Assembly (NCBI GenBank): GCA_032718475.1
Contig: JAUCBJ010003982.1
Location: 1-51,032, forward strand
Length of the DNA: 51,032 nt
Reading direction: 5' to 3'
Source of the DNA: Nemertoderma westbladi
Taxonomy: Eukaryota > Animalia > Xenacoelomorpha
The notes below the pieces were generated by a model that saw only the letters and a list, made by a program, of their open reading frames with translations, searched no databases and was not told the origin of the DNA. This document shows positions 34,701 to 49,700 of this stretch, one piece after another. How positions within the stretch are numbered: position 1 is the first letter of the stretch; each line of letters begins with the position of its first letter. A program made the position numbers and the translations under genes.

Positions 34701-37700
34701 TCCCCTCCAATAATCTCCTTTAGTCTCTCCTCCAATAATCTCCTTTATTTCTCTCCTCCAATAATCTCCTTTATTTCTCTCCTCCAATAATCTCCTTTAT
34801 TTCTCTCCTCCAATAATCTCCTTTATTTCTCTCCTCCAATAATCTCCTTTATTTCTCTCCTCCAATAATCTCCTTTATTTCTCTCCTCCAATAATCTCCT
34901 TTATTTCTCTCCTCCAATAATCTCCTTTATTTCTCTCCTCCAATAATCTCCTTTATTTCTCTCCTCCAATAATCTCCTTTATTTCTCTCCTCCAATAATC
35001 TCCTTTATTTCTCTCCTCCAATAATCTCCTTTATTTCTCTCCTCCAATAATCTCCTTTATTTCTCTCCTCCAATAATCTCCTTTATTTCTCTCCTCCAAT
35101 AATCTCCTTTATTTCTCTCCTCCAATAATCTCCTTTATTTCTCTCCTCCAATAATCTCCTTTATTTCTCTCCTCCAATAATCTCCTTTATATCTCTCCTC
35201 CAATAATCTCCTTTATTTCTCTCCTCCAATAATCTCCTTTATTTCTCTCCTCCAATAATCTCCTTTATTTCTCTCCTCCAATAATCTCCTTTATTTCTCT
35301 CCTCCAATAATCTCCTTTATTTCTCTCCTCCAATAATCTCCTTTATTTCTCTCCTCCAATAATCTCCTTTATTTCTCTCCTCCAATAATCTCCTTTATTT
35401 CTCTCCTCCAATAATCTCCTTTATTTCTCTCCTCCAATAATCTCCTTTATTTCTCTCCTCCAATAATCTCCTTTATTTCTCTCCTCCAATAATCTCCTTT
35501 ATTTCTCTCCTCCAATAATCTCCTTTATTTCTCTCCTCCAATAATCTCCTTTATTTCTCTCCTCCAATAATCTCCTTTATTTCTCTCCTCCAATAATCTC
35601 CTTTATTTCTCTCCTCCAATAATCTCCTTTATTTCTCTCCTCCAATAATCTCCTTTATTTCTCTCCTCCAATAATCTCCTTTATTTCTCTCCTCCAATAA
35701 TCTCCTTTATTTCTCTCCTCCAATAATCTCCTTTATTTCTCTCCTCCAATAATCTCCTTTATTTCTCTCCTCCAATAATCTCCTTTATTTCTCTCCTCCA
35801 ATAATCTCCTTTATTTCTCTCCTCCAATAATCTCCTTTATTTCTCTCCTCCAATAATCTCCTTTATTTCTCTCCTCCAATAATCTCCTTTATTTCTCTCC
35901 TCCAATAATCTCCTTTATTTCTCTCCTCCAATAATCTCCTTTATTTCTCTCCTCCAATAATCTCCTTTATTTCTCTCCTCCAATAATCTCCTTTATTTCT
36001 CTCCTCCAATAATCTCCTTTATTTCTCTCCTCCAATAATCTCCTTTATTTCTCTCCTCCAATAATCTCCTTTATTTCTCTCCTCCAATAATCTCCTTTAT
36101 TTCTCTCCTCCAATAATCTCCTTTATTTCTCTCCTCCAATAATCTCCTTTATTTCTCTCCTCCAATAATCTCCTTTATTTCTCTCCTCCAATAATCTCCT
36201 TTATTTCTCTCCTCCAATAATCTCCTTTATTTCTCTCCTCCAATAATCTCCTTTATTTCTCTCCTCCAATAATCTCCTTTATTTCTCTCCTCCAATAATC
36301 TCCTTTATTTCTCTCCTCCAATAATCTCCTTTATTTCTCTCCTCCAATAATCTCCTTTATTTCTCTCCTCCAATAATCTCCTTTATTTCTCTCCTCCAAT
36401 AATCTCCTTTATTTCTCTCCTCCAATAATCTCCTTTATTTCTCTCCTCCAATAATCTCCTTTATTTCTCTCCTCCAATAATCTCCTTTATTTCTCTCCTC
36501 CAATAATCTCCTTTATTTCTCTCCTCCAATAATCTCCTTTATTTCTCTCCTCCAATAATCTCCTTTATTTCTCTCCTCCAATAATCTCCTTTATTTCTCT
36601 CCTCCAATAATCTCCTTTATTTCTCTCCTCCAATAATCTCCTTTATTTCTCTCCTCCAATAATCTCCTTTATTTCTCTCCTCCAATAATCTCCTTTATTT
36701 CTCTCCTCCAATAATCTCCTTTATTTCTCTCCTCCAATAATCTCCTTTATTTCTCTCCTCCAATAATCTCCTTTATTTCTCTCCTCCAATAATCTCCTTT
36801 ATTTCTCTCCTCCAATAATCTCCTTTATTTCTCTCCTCCAATAATCTCCTTTATTTCTCTCCTCCAATAATCTCCTTTATTTCTCTCCTCCAATAATCTC
36901 CTTTATTTCTCTCCTCCAATAATCTCCTTTATTTCTCTCCTCCAATAATCTCCTTTATTTCTCTCCTCCAATAATCTCCTTTATTTCTCTCCTCCAATAA
37001 TCTCCTTTATTTCTCTCCTCCAATAATCTCCTTTATTTCTCTCCTCCAATAATCTCCTTTATTTCTCTCCTCCAATAATCTCCTTTATTTCTCTCCTCCA
37101 ATAATCTCCTTTATTTCTCTCCTCCAATAATCTCCTTTATTTCTCTCCTCCAATAATCTCCTTTATTTCTCTCCTCCAATAATCTCCTTTATTTCTCTCC
37201 TCCAATAATCTCCTTTATTTCTCTCCTCCAATAATCTCCTTTATTTCTCTCCTCCAATAATCTCCTTTATTTCTCTCCTCCAATAATCTCCTTTATTTCT
37301 CTCCTCCAATAATCTCCTTTATTTCTCTCCTCCAATAATCTCCTTTATTTCTCTCCTCCAATAATCTCCTTTATTTCTCTCCTCCAATAATCTCCTTTAT
37401 TTCTCTCCTCCAATAATCTCCTTTATTTCTCTCCTCCAATAATCTCCTTTATTTCTCTCCTCCAATAATCTCCTTTATTTCTCTCCTCCAATAATCTCCT
37501 TTATTTCTCTCCTCCAATAATCTCCTTTATTTCTCTCCTCCAATAATCTCCTTTATTTCTCTCCTCCAATAATCTCCTTTATTTCTCTCCTCCAATAATC
37601 TCCTTTATTTCTCTCCTCCAATAATCTCCTTTATTTCTCTCCTCCAATAATCTCCTTTATTTCTCTCCTCCAATAATCTCCTTTATTTCTCTCCTCCAAT

Positions 37701-40700
37701 AATCTCCTTTATTTCTCTCCTCCAATAATCTCCTTTATTTCTCTCCTCCAATAATCTCCTTTATTTCTCTCCTCCAATAATCTCCTTTATTTCTCTCCTC
37801 CAATAATCTCCTTTATTTCTCTCCTCCAATAATCTCCTTTATTTCTCTCCTCCAATAATCTCCTTTATTTCTCTCCTCCAATAATCTCCTTTATTTCTCT
37901 CCTCCAATAATCTCCTTTATTTCTCTCCTCCAATAATCTCCTTTATTCTCTCCTCCAATAATCTCCTTTATTTCTCTCCTCCAATAATCTCCTTTATCTC
38001 TCTCCTCCAATAATCTCCTTTATCTCTCTCCTCCAATAATCTCCTTTATTTCTCTCCTCCAATAATCTCCTTTATTTCTCTCCTCCAATAATCTCCTTTA
38101 TTTCTCTCCTCCAATAATCTCCTTTATTTCTCTCCTCCAATAATCTCCTTTATTTCTCTCCTCCAATAATCTCCTTTATTTCTCTCCTCCAATAATCTCC
38201 TTTATTTCTCTCCTCCAATAATCTCCTTTATTTCTCTCCTCCAATAATCTCCTTTATTTCTCTCCTCCAATAATCTCCTTTATTTCTCTCCTCCAATAAT
38301 CTCCTTTATTTCTCTCCTCCAATAATCTCCTTTATTTCTCTCCTCCAATAATCTCCTTTATTTCTCTCCTCCAATAATCTCCTTTATTTCTCTCCTCCAA
38401 TAATCTCCTTTATTCTCTCTCCTCCAATAATCTCCTTTATTTCTCTCCTCCAATAATCTCCTTTATTTCTCTCCTCCAATAATCTCCTTTATTTCTCTCC
38501 TCCAATAATCTCCTTTATTTCTCTCCTCAAATAATCTCCTTTAGATCTCTCCTCCAATAATCTCCTTTATTTCTCTCCTCCAATAATCTCCTTTATTTCT
38601 CTCCTCCAATAATCTCCTTTAGATCTCTCCTCCAATAATCTCCTTTATTTCTCTCCTCCAATAATCTCCTTTATTTCTCTCCTCCAATAATCTCCTTTAT
38701 CTCTCTCCTCCAATAATCTCCTTTATTTCTCTCCTCCAATAATCTCCTTTATTTCTCTCCTCCAATAATCTCCTTTATTTCTCTCCTCCAATAATCTCCT
38801 TTATCTCTCTCCTCCAATAATCTCCTTTATCTCTCTCCTCCAATAATCTCCTTTATTTCTCTCCTCCAATAATCTCCTTTATTTCTCTCCTCCAATAATC
38901 TCCTTTATTTCTCTCCTCCAATAATCTCCTTTATCTCTCCCCTCCAATAATCTCCTTTATTTCTCTCCTCCAATAATCTCCTTTATTTCTCTCCTCCAAT
39001 AATCTCCTTTATTTCTCTCCTCCAATAATCTCCTTTATTTCTCTCATCCAATAATCTCCTTTATCTCTCCCCTCCAATAATCTCCTTTATTTCTCTCCTC
39101 CAGTAATCTCCTTTATCTCTCTCCTCCAATAATCTCCTTTATTTCTCTCCTCCAATAATCTCCTTTATTTCTCTCCTCCAATAATCTCCTTTATTTCTCT
39201 CCTCCAATAATCTCCTTTATTTCTCTCCTCCAATAATCTCCTTTATTTCTCTCCTCCAATAATCTCCTTTATTTCTCTCCTCCAATAATCTCCTTTATTT
39301 CTCTCATCCAATAATCTCCTTTATCTCTCCCCTCCAATAATCTCCTTTATTTCTCTCCTCCAGTAATCTCCTTTATCTCTCTCCTCCAATAATCTCCTTT
39401 ATTTCTCTCCTCCAATAATCTCCTTTATTTCTCGCCTCCAATAATCTCCTTTATTTCTCTCCTCAAATAATCTCCTTTAGATCTCTCCTCCAATAATCTC
39501 CTTTATTTCTCTCCTCCAATAATCTCCTTTATTTCTCTCCTCAAATAATCTCCTTTAGATCTCTCCTCCAATAATCTCCTTTATTTCTCTCCTCCAATAA
39601 TCTCCTTTATTTCTCTCCTCCAATAATCTCCTTTATTTCTCTCCTCCAATAATCTCCTTTATTTCTCTCCTCCAATAATCTCCTTTATCTCTCTCCTCCA
39701 ATAATCTCCTTTATCTCTCCCCTCCAATAATCTCCTTTATTTCTCTCCTCCAATAATCTCCTTTATTTCTCTCCTCCAATAATCTCCTTTATTTCTCTCC
39801 TCCAATAATCTCCTTTATTTCTCTCCTCCAATAATCTCCTTTATCTCTCTCCTCCAATAATCTCCTTTATTTCTCTCCTCCAATAATCTCCTTTATCTCT
39901 CTCCTCCAATAATCTCCTTTATTTCTCTCCTCCAATAATCTCCTTTATTTCTCTCATCCAATAATCTCCTTTATCTCTCCCCTCCAATAATCTCCTTTAT
40001 TTCTCTCCTCCAGTAATCTCCTTTATCTCTCTCCTCCAATAATCTCCTTTATTTCTCTCCTCCAATAATCTCCTTTATTTCTCTCCTCCAATAATCTCCT
40101 TTATTTCTCTCATCCAATAATCTCCTTTATCTCTCCCCTCCAATAATCTCCTTTATTTCTCTCCTCCAGTAATCTCCTTTATCTCTCTCCTCCAATAATC
40201 TCCTTTATTTCTCTCCTCCAATAATCTCCTTTATTTCTCCCATCCAATAATCTCCTTTATTTCTCTCCTCCAATAATCTCCTTTATTTCTCCCCTCCAAT
40301 AATCTCCTTTATCTCTCCCCTCCAATAATCTCCTTTATTTCTCTCCTCCAATAATATCCTTTATCTCTCTCCTCCAATAATCTCCTTTATTTCTCTCCTC
40401 CAATAATCTCCTTTATTTCTCTCATCCAATAATCTCCTTTATCTCTCCCCTCCAATAATCTCCTTTATTTCTCTCCTCCAGTAATCTCCTTTATCTCTCT
40501 CCTCCAATAATCTCCTTTATTTCTCTCCTCCAATAATCTCCTTTATTTCTCTCCTCCAATAATCTCCTTTATTTCTCTCATCCAATAATCTCCTTTATCT
40601 CTCCCCTCCAATAATCTCCTTTATTTCTCTCCTCCAGTAATCTCCTTTATCTCTCTCCTCCAATAATCTCCTTTATTTCTCTCCTCCAATAATCTCCTTT

Positions 40701-43700
40701 ATTTCTCTCCTCCAATAATCTCCTTTATTTCTCTCCTCCAATAATCTCCTTTATTCTCTCCTCAAATAATCTCCTTTAGATCTCTCCTCCAATAATCTCC
40801 TTTATTTCTCTCCTCCAATAATCTCCTTTATTTCTCTCCTCCAATAATCTCCTTTATTTCTCTCCTCCAATAATCTCCTTTATCTCTCTCCTCCAATAAT
40901 CTCCTTTATTTCTCTCCTCCAATAATCTCCTTTATTTCTCTCCTCCAATAATCTCCTTTATTTCTCTCCTCCAATAATCTCCTTTATCTCTCTCCTCCAA
41001 TAATCTCCTTTATTTCTCTCCTCCAATAATCTCCTTTATTTCTCTCCTCCAATAATCTCCTTTATTTCTCTCCTCCAATAATCTCCTTTATTTCTCTCCT
41101 CCAATAATCTCCTTTATTTCTCTCCTCCAATAATCTCCTTTATTTCTCTCCTCCAATAATCTCCTTTATTTCTCTCCTCCAATAATCTCCTTTATTTCTC
41201 TCCTCCAATAATCTCCTTTATTTCTCTCCTCCAATAATCTCCTTTATTTCTCTCCTCCAATAATCTCCTTTATTTCTCTCCTCCAATAATCTCCTTTATT
41301 TCTCTCCTCCAATAATCTCCTTTATTTCTCTCCTCCAATAATCTCCTTTATTTCTCTCCTCCAATAATCTCCTTTATTCTCTCCTCCAATAATCTCCTTT
41401 ATTTCTCTCCTCCAATAATCTCCTTTATTTCTCTCCTCCAATAATCTCCTTTATTTCTCTCCTCCAATAATCTCCTTTATTTCTCTCCTCCAATAATCTC
41501 CTTTATTTCTCTCCTCCAATAATCTCCTTTATTTCTCTCCTCCAATAATCTCCTTTATTTCTCTCCTCCAATAATCTCCTTTATTTCTCTCCTCCAATAA
41601 TCTCCTTTATTTCTCTCCTCCAATAATCTCCTTTATTTCTCTCCTCCAATAATCTCCTTTATTTCTCTCCTCCAATAATCTCCTTTATTTCTCTCCTCCA
41701 ATAATCTCCTTTATTTCTCTCCTCCAATAATCTCCTTTATTTCTCTCCTCCAATAATCTCCTTTATTTCTCTCCTCCAATAATCTCCTTTATTTCTCTCC
41801 TCCAATAATCTCCTTTATTTCTCTCCTCCAATAATCTCCTTTATTTCTCTCCTCCAATAATCTCCTTTATTTCTCTCCTCCAATAATCTCCTTTATTTCT
41901 CTCCTCCAATAATCTCCTTTATTTCTCTCCTCCAATAATCTCCTTTATTTCTCTCCTCCAATAATCTCCTTTATTTCTCTCCTCCAATAATCTCCTTTAT
42001 TTCTCTCCTCCAATAATCTCCTTTATTTCTCTCCTCCAATAATCTCCTTTATTTCTCTCCTCCAATAATCTCCTTTATTTCTCTCCTCCAATAATCTCCT
42101 TTATTTCTCTCCTCCAATAATCTCCTTTATTTCTCTCCTCCAATAATCTCCTTTATTTCTCTCCTCCAATAATCTCCTTTATTTCTCTCCTCCAATAATC
42201 TCCTTTATTTCTCTCCTCCAATAATCTCCTTTATTTCTCTCCTCCAATAATCTCCTTTATTTCTCTCCTCCAATAATCTCCTTTATTTCTCTCCTCCAAT
42301 AATCTCCTTTATTTCTCTCCTCCAATAATCTCCTTTATTTCTCTCCTCCAATAATCTCCTTTATTTCTCTCCTCCAATAATCTCCTTTATTTCTCTCCTC
42401 CAATAATCTCCTTTATTTCTCTCCTCCAATAATCTCCTTTATTTCTCTCCTCCAATAATCTCCTTTATTTCTCTCCTCCAATAATCTCCTTTATTTCTCT
42501 CCTCCAATAATCTCCTTTATTTCTCTCCTCCAATAATCTCCTTTATTTCTCTCCTCCAATAATCTCCTTTATTTCTCTCCTCCAATAATCTCCTTTATTT
42601 CTCTCCTCCAATAATCTCCTTTATTTCTCTCCTCCAATAATCTCCTTTATTTCTCTCCTCCAATAATCTCCTTTATTTCTCTCCTCCAATAATCTCCTTT
42701 ATTTCTCTCCTCCAATAATCTCCTTTATTTCTCTCCTCCAATAATCTCCTTTATTTCTCTCCTCCAATAATCTCCTTTATTTCTCTCCTCCAATAATCTC
42801 CTTTATTTCTCTCCTCCAATAATCTCCTTTATTTCTCTCCTCCAATAATCTCCTTTATTTCTCTCCTCCAATAATCTCCTTTATTTCTCTCCTCCAATAA
42901 TCTCCTTTATTTCTCTCCTCCAATAATCTCCTTTATTTCTCTCCTCCAATAATCTCCTTTATTTCTCTCCTCCAATAATCTCCTTTATTTCTCTCCTCCA
43001 ATAATCTCCTTTATTTCTCTCCTCCAATAATCTCCTTTATTTCTCTCCTCCAATAATCTCCTTTATTTCTCTCCTCCAATAATCTCCTTTATTTCTCTCC
43101 TCCAATAATCTCCTTTATTTCTCTCCTCCAATAATCTCCTTTATTTCTCTCCTCCAATAATCTCCTTTATTTCTCTCCTCCAATAATCTCCTTTATTTCT
43201 CTCCTCCAATAATCTCCTTTATTTCTCTCCTCCAATAATCTCCTTTATTTCTCTCCTCCAATAATCTCCTTTATTTCTCTCCTCCAATAATCTCCTTTAT
43301 TTCTCTCCTCCAATAATCTCCTTTATTTCTCTCCTCCAATAATCTCCTTTATTTCTCTCCTCCAATAATCTCCTTTATTTCTCTCCTCCAATAATCTCCT
43401 TTATTTCTCTCCTCCAATAATCTCCTTTATTTCTCTCCTCCAATAATCTCCTTTATTTCTCTCCTCCAATAATCTCCTTTATTTCTCTCCTCCAATAATC
43501 TCCTTTATTTCTCTCCTCCAATAATCTCCTTTATTTCTCTCCTCCAATAATCTCCTTTATTTCTCTCCTCCAATAATCTCCTTTATTTCTCTCCTCCAAT
43601 AATCTCCTTTATTTCTCTCCTCCAATAATCTCCTTTATTTCTCTCCTCCAATAATCTCCTTTATTTCTCTCCTCCAATAATCTCCTTTATTTCTCTCCTC

Positions 43701-46700
43701 CAATAATCTCCTTTATTTCTCTCCTCCAATAATCTCCTTTATTTCTCTCCTCCAATAATCTCCATTATTTCTCTCCTCCAATAATCTCCTTTATTTCTCT
43801 CCTCCAATAATCTCCTTTATTTCTCTCCTCCAATAATCTCCTTTATTTCTCTCCTCCAATAATCTCCATTATTTCTCTCCTCCAATAATCTCCTTTATTT
43901 CTCTCCTCCAATAATCTCCTTTATTTCTCTCCTCCAATAATCTCCTTTATTTCTCTCCTCCAATAATCTCCTTTATTTCTCTCCTCCAATAATCTCCTTT
44001 ATTTCTCTCCTCCAATAATCTCCTTTATTTCTCTCCTCCAATAATCTCCATTATTTCTCTCCTCCAATAATCTCCTTTATTTCTCTCCTCCAATAATCTC
44101 CATTATTTCTCTCCTCCAATAATCTCCTTTATTTCTCTCCTCCAATAATCTCCATTATTTCTCTCCTCCAATAATCTCCTTTATTTCTCTCCTCCAATAA
44201 TCTCCTTTATTTCTCTCCTCCAATAATCTCCATTATTTCTCTCCTCCAATAATCTCCTTTATTTCTCTCCTCCAATAATCTCCATTATTTCTCTCCTCCA
44301 ATAATCTCCTTTATTTCTCTCCTCCAATAATCTCCTTTATTTCTCTCCTCCAATAATCTCCTTTATTTCTCTCCTCCAATAATCTCCATTATTTCTCTCC
44401 TCCAATAATCTCCTTTATTTCTCTCCTCCAATAATCTCCATTATTTCTCTCCTCCAATAATCTCCTTTATTTCTCTCCTCCAATAATCTCCATTATTTCT
44501 CTCCTCCAATAATCTCCTTTATTTCTCTCCTCCAATAATCTCCATTATTTCTCTCCTCCAATAATCTCCTTTATTTCTCTCCTCCAATAATCTCCATTAT
44601 TTCTCTCCTCCAATAATCTCCTTTATTTCTCTCCTCCAATAATCTCCTTTATTTCTCTCCTCCAATAATCTCCTTTATTTCTCTCCTCCAATAATCTCCT
44701 TTATTTCTCTCCTCCAATAATCTCCTTTATTTCTCTCATCCAATAATCTCCATTATTTCTCTCCTCCAATAATCTCCTTTATTTCTCTCCTCCAATAATC
44801 TCCTTTATTTCTCTCCTCCAATAATCTCCTTTATTTCTCTCCTCCAATAATCTCCATTATTTCTCTCCTCCAATAATCTCCTTTATTTCTCTCCTCCAAT
44901 AATCTCCTTTATTTCTCTCCTCAAATAATCTCCTTTATTTCTCCCCTCCAATAATCTCCTTTATTTATCTCCTCCAATAATCTCCTTTATTTCTCTCCTC
45001 CAATAATCTCCTTTATTTCTCTCCTCCAATAGTCTCCTTTATTTCTCTCCTCCAATAATATCCTTTATTTCTCTCCTCCAATAATCTCCTTTATTTCTCT
45101 CCTCCAATAATCTCCTTTATTTCTCTCCTCCAATAATCTCCTTTATTTCTCTCCTCCAATAATCTCCATTATTTCTCTCCTCCAATAATCTCCTTTATTT
45201 ATCTCCTCAAATAATCTCCTTTATTTCTCTCCTCCAATAATCTCCTTCTCCTTTATTTCTCTCATCCAATAATCTCATTTATTTCTCTCCTCCAATAATC
45301 TCCTTTATCTCTCCCCTCCAATAATCTCCATTATTTCTCTCCTCCAATAATCTCCTTTATTTCTCTCCTCCAATAATCTCCTTTATTTCTCTCCTCCAAT
45401 AATCTCCTTTATTTCTCTCCTCCAATAATCTCCTTTATTTCTCTCATCCAATAATCTCCTTTATTTCTCTCCTCCAATAATCTCCTTTATTTCTCTCCTC
45501 CAATAGTCTCCTTTATTTCTCTCCTCCAATAATCTCCTTTATCTCTCTCCTCCAATAATCTCCTTTATTTCTCTCCTCCAATAATCTCCTTTATTTCTCT
45601 CCTCCAATAATCTCCTTTATTTCTCTCCTCCAATAATCTCCTTTATTTCTCTCCTCCAATAATCTCCTTTATTTCTCTCCTCCAATAATCTCCTTTATTT
45701 CTCTCCTCCAATAATCTCCTTCTCCTTTATTTCTCTCATCCAATAATCTCATTTATTTCTCTCCTCCAATAATCTCCTTTATTTCTCTCCTCCAATAATC
45801 TCCTTTATTTCTCTCCTCCAATAATCTCCTTTATTTCTCTCCTCCAATAATCTCCTTTATTTCTCTCCTCCAATAATCTCCTTTATTTCTCTCATCCAAT
45901 AATCTCCTTTATTTCTCTCCTCCAATAATCTCCTTTATTTCTCTCCTCCAATAATCTCCTTTATTTCTCTCCTCCAATAATCTCCTTTATTTCTCTCCTG
46001 CTCCTCCAATAATCTCCTTTATTTCTCTCCTCCAATAATCTCCTTTATTTCTCTCCTCCAATAATCTCCTTTATTTCTCTCCTCCAATAATCTCCTTTAT
46101 TTCTCTCCTCCAATAATCTCCTTTAGCTCTCTCCTCCAATAATCTCCTTTATTTCTCTCCTCCAATAATCTCCTTTATTTATCTCCTCAAATAATCTCCT
46201 TTATTTCTCTCCTCCAATAATCTCCTTTATTTCTCTCCTCAAATAATCTCCTTCTCCTTTATTTCTCTCCTCCAATAATCTCCTTTATCTCTCCCCTCCA
46301 ATAATCTCCTTTAGCTCTCTCCTCCAATAATCTCCTTTATTTCTCTCCTCCAATAATCTCCTTTATTTATCTCCTCAAATAATCTCCTTTATTTCTCTCC
46401 TCCAATAATCTCCTTTATTTCTCTCCTCAAATAATCTCCTTCTCCTTTATTTCTCTCATCCAATAATCTCCTTTATTTCTCTCCTCCAATAATCTCCTTT
46501 ATTTCTCTCCTCCAATAATCTCCTTTATTTATCTCCTCAAATAATCTCCTTTATTTCTCTCCTCCAATAATCTCCTTTATTTCTCTCCTCAAATAATCTC
46601 CTTCTCCTTTATTTCTCTCATCCAATAATCTCCTTTATTTCTCTCCTCCAATAATCTCCTTCTCCTTTATTTCTCTCCTCCAATAATCTCCTTTATCTCT

Positions 46701-49700
46701 CCCCTCCAATAATCTCCTTTAGCTCTCTCCTCCAATAATCTCCTTTATTTCTCTCCTCCAATAATCTCCTTTATTTCTCTCCTCCAATAATCTCCTTTAT
46801 TTCTCTCATCCAATAATCTCCTTTATTTCTCTCCTCCAATAATCTCCTTTATTTCTCTCCTCCAATAATCTCCTTTATTTATCTCCTCAAATAATCTCCT
46901 TTATTTCTCTCCTCCAATAATCTCCTTTATTTCTCTCCTCAAATAATCTCCTTCTCCTTTATTTCTCTCATCCAATAATCTCCTTTATTTCTCTCCTCCA
47001 ATAATCTCCTTTATTTCTCTCCTCCAATAATCTCCTTTATTTATCTCCTCAAATAATCTCCTTTATTTCTCTCCTCCAATAATCTCCTTTATTTCTCTCC
47101 TCAAATAATCTCCTTCTCCTTTATTTCTCTCATCCAATAATCTCCTTTATTTCTCTCCTCCAATAATCTCCTTCTCCTTTATTTCTCTCCTCCAATAATC
47201 TCCTTTATCTCTCCCCTCCAATAATCTCCTTTAGCTCTCTCCTCCAATAATCTCCTTTATTTCTCTCCTCCAATAATCTCCTTTATTTCTCTCCTCCAAT
47301 AATCTCCTTTATTTCTCTCATCCAATAATCTCCTTTATTTCTCTCCTCCAATAATCTCCTTCTCCTTTATTTCTCTCCTCCAATAATCTCCTTTATCTCT
47401 CCCCTCCAATAATCTCCTTTAGCTCTCTCCTCCAATAATCTCCATTATTTCTCTCCTCAAATAATCTCCTTTATCTCTCTCCTCCAATAATCTCCTGTAT
47501 TTCTCTCCTCCAATAATCTCCTTTATTTCTCTCCTCCAATAATCTCCTTTATTTCTCTCCTCCAATAATCTCCTTTATTTTTCTCCTCAAATAATCTCCT
47601 TTATTTCTCTCCTCCAATAATCTCCTTTATTTCTCTCCTCCAATAATCTCCTTTATTTCTCTCCTCCAATAATCTCCTTTATTTATCTCCTCAAATAATC
47701 TCCTTTATTTCTCTCCTCCAATAATCTCCTTCTCCTTTATTTCTCTCATCCAATAATCTCCTTTATTTCTCTCTTCCAATAATCTCCTTTATTTCTCTCC
47801 TCAAATAATCTCCTTTATTTCTCCCCTCCAATAATCTCATTTATTTCTCTCCTCCAATAATCTCCTTTATTTCTCTCCTCCAATAATCTCCTTTATTTCT
47901 CTCCTCAAATAATCTCCTTTATTTCTCTCCTCCAATAATCTCCTTTATTTCTCTCCTCCAATAATCTCCTTTATCTCTCTCCTCCAATAATCTCCTGTAT
48001 TTCTCTCCTCCAATAATCTCCTTTATTTCTCTCCTCCAATAATCTCCTTTATCTCTCTCCTCCAATAATCTCCTGTATTTCTCTCCTCCAATAATCTCCT
48101 TTATTTCTCTCCTCCAATAATCTCCTTTATCTCTCTCCTCCAATAATCTCCTGTATTTCTCTCCTCCAATAATCTCCTTTATTTCTCTCCTCCAATAATC
48201 TCCTTTATCTCTCTCCTCCAATAATCTCCTGTATTTCTCTCCTCCAATAATCTCCTTTATTTCTCTCCTCCAATAATCTCCTTTATCTCTCTCCTCCAAT
48301 AATCTCCTTTATTTCTCTCCTCAAATAATCTCCTTTATTTCTCTCCTCCAATAATCTCCTTTATCTCTCTCCTCCAATAATCTCCTTTAGATCTCTCCTC
48401 CAATAATCTCCTTTATTTCTCTCCTCCAATAATCTCCTTTATTTCTCTCCTCCAATAATCTCCTTTATTTCTCTCCTCCAATAATCTCCTTTATTTCTCT
48501 CCTCCAATAATCTCCTTTATCTCTCTCCTCCAATAATCTCCTTTAGATCTCTCCTCCAATAATCTCCTTTATTTCTCTCCTCAAATAATCTCCTTTAGAT
48601 CTCTCCTCCAATAATCTCCTTTATTTCTCTCCTCCAATAATCTCCTTTATTTCTCTCCTCCAATAATCTCCTTTATTTCTCTCCTCCAATAATCTCCTTT
48701 ATTTCTCTCCTCCAATAATCTCCTTTATTTCTCCCCTCCAATAATCTCCTTTATTTCTCTCCTCCAATAATCTCCTTTATTTCTCTCCTCCAATAATCTC
48801 CTTTATCTCTCTCCTCCAATAATCTCCTTTATTTCTCTCCTCAAATAATCTCCTTTATCTCTCTCCTCCAATAATCTCCTGTATTTCTCTCCTCCAATAA
48901 TCTCCTTTATTTCTCTCCTCCAATAATCTCCTTTATCTCTCTCCTCCAATAATCTCCTGTATTTCTCTCCTCCAATAATCTCCTTTATTTCTCTCCTCCA
49001 ATAATCTCCTTTATCTCTCTCCTCCAATAATCTCCTGTATTTCTCTCCTCCAATAATCTCCTTTATTTCTCTCCTCCAATAATCTCCTTTATCTCTCTCC
49101 TCCAATAATCTCCTTTATTTCTCTCCTCAAATAATCTCCTTTATTTCTCTCCTCCAATAATCTCCTTTATCTCTCTCCTCCAATAATCTCCTTTAGATCT
49201 CTCCTCCAATAATCTCCTTTATTTCTCTCCTCCAATAATCTCCTTTATTTCTCTCCTCCAATAATCTCCTTTATTTCTCTCCTCCAATAATCTCCTTTAT
49301 TTCTCTCCTCCAATAATCTCCTTTATCTCTCTCCTCCAATAATCTCCTTTAGATCTCTCCTCCAATAATCTCCTTTATTTCTCTCCTCAAATAATCTCCT
49401 TTAGATCTCTCCTCCAATAATCTCCTTTATTTCTCTCCTCCAATAATCTCCTTTATTTCTCTCCTCCAATAATCTCCTTTATTTCTCTCCTCCAATAATC
49501 TCCTTTATTTCTCTCCTCCAATAATCTCCTTTATTTCTCCCCTCCAATAATCTCCTTTATTTCTCTCCTCCAATAATCTCCTTTATTTCTCTCCTCCAAT
49601 AATCTCCTTTATCTCTCTCCTCCAATAATCTCCTTTATTTCTCTCCTCCAATAATCTCCTTTATCTCTCCCCTCCAATAATCTCCATTATTTCTCTCCTC

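Noticed and set aside
47919-49105. Minus-strand repeat ORFs (EERDKGDYWRREIKEIIGGEK)
   Set aside because: Chance stop-free runs of the 78-bp satellite trimer.
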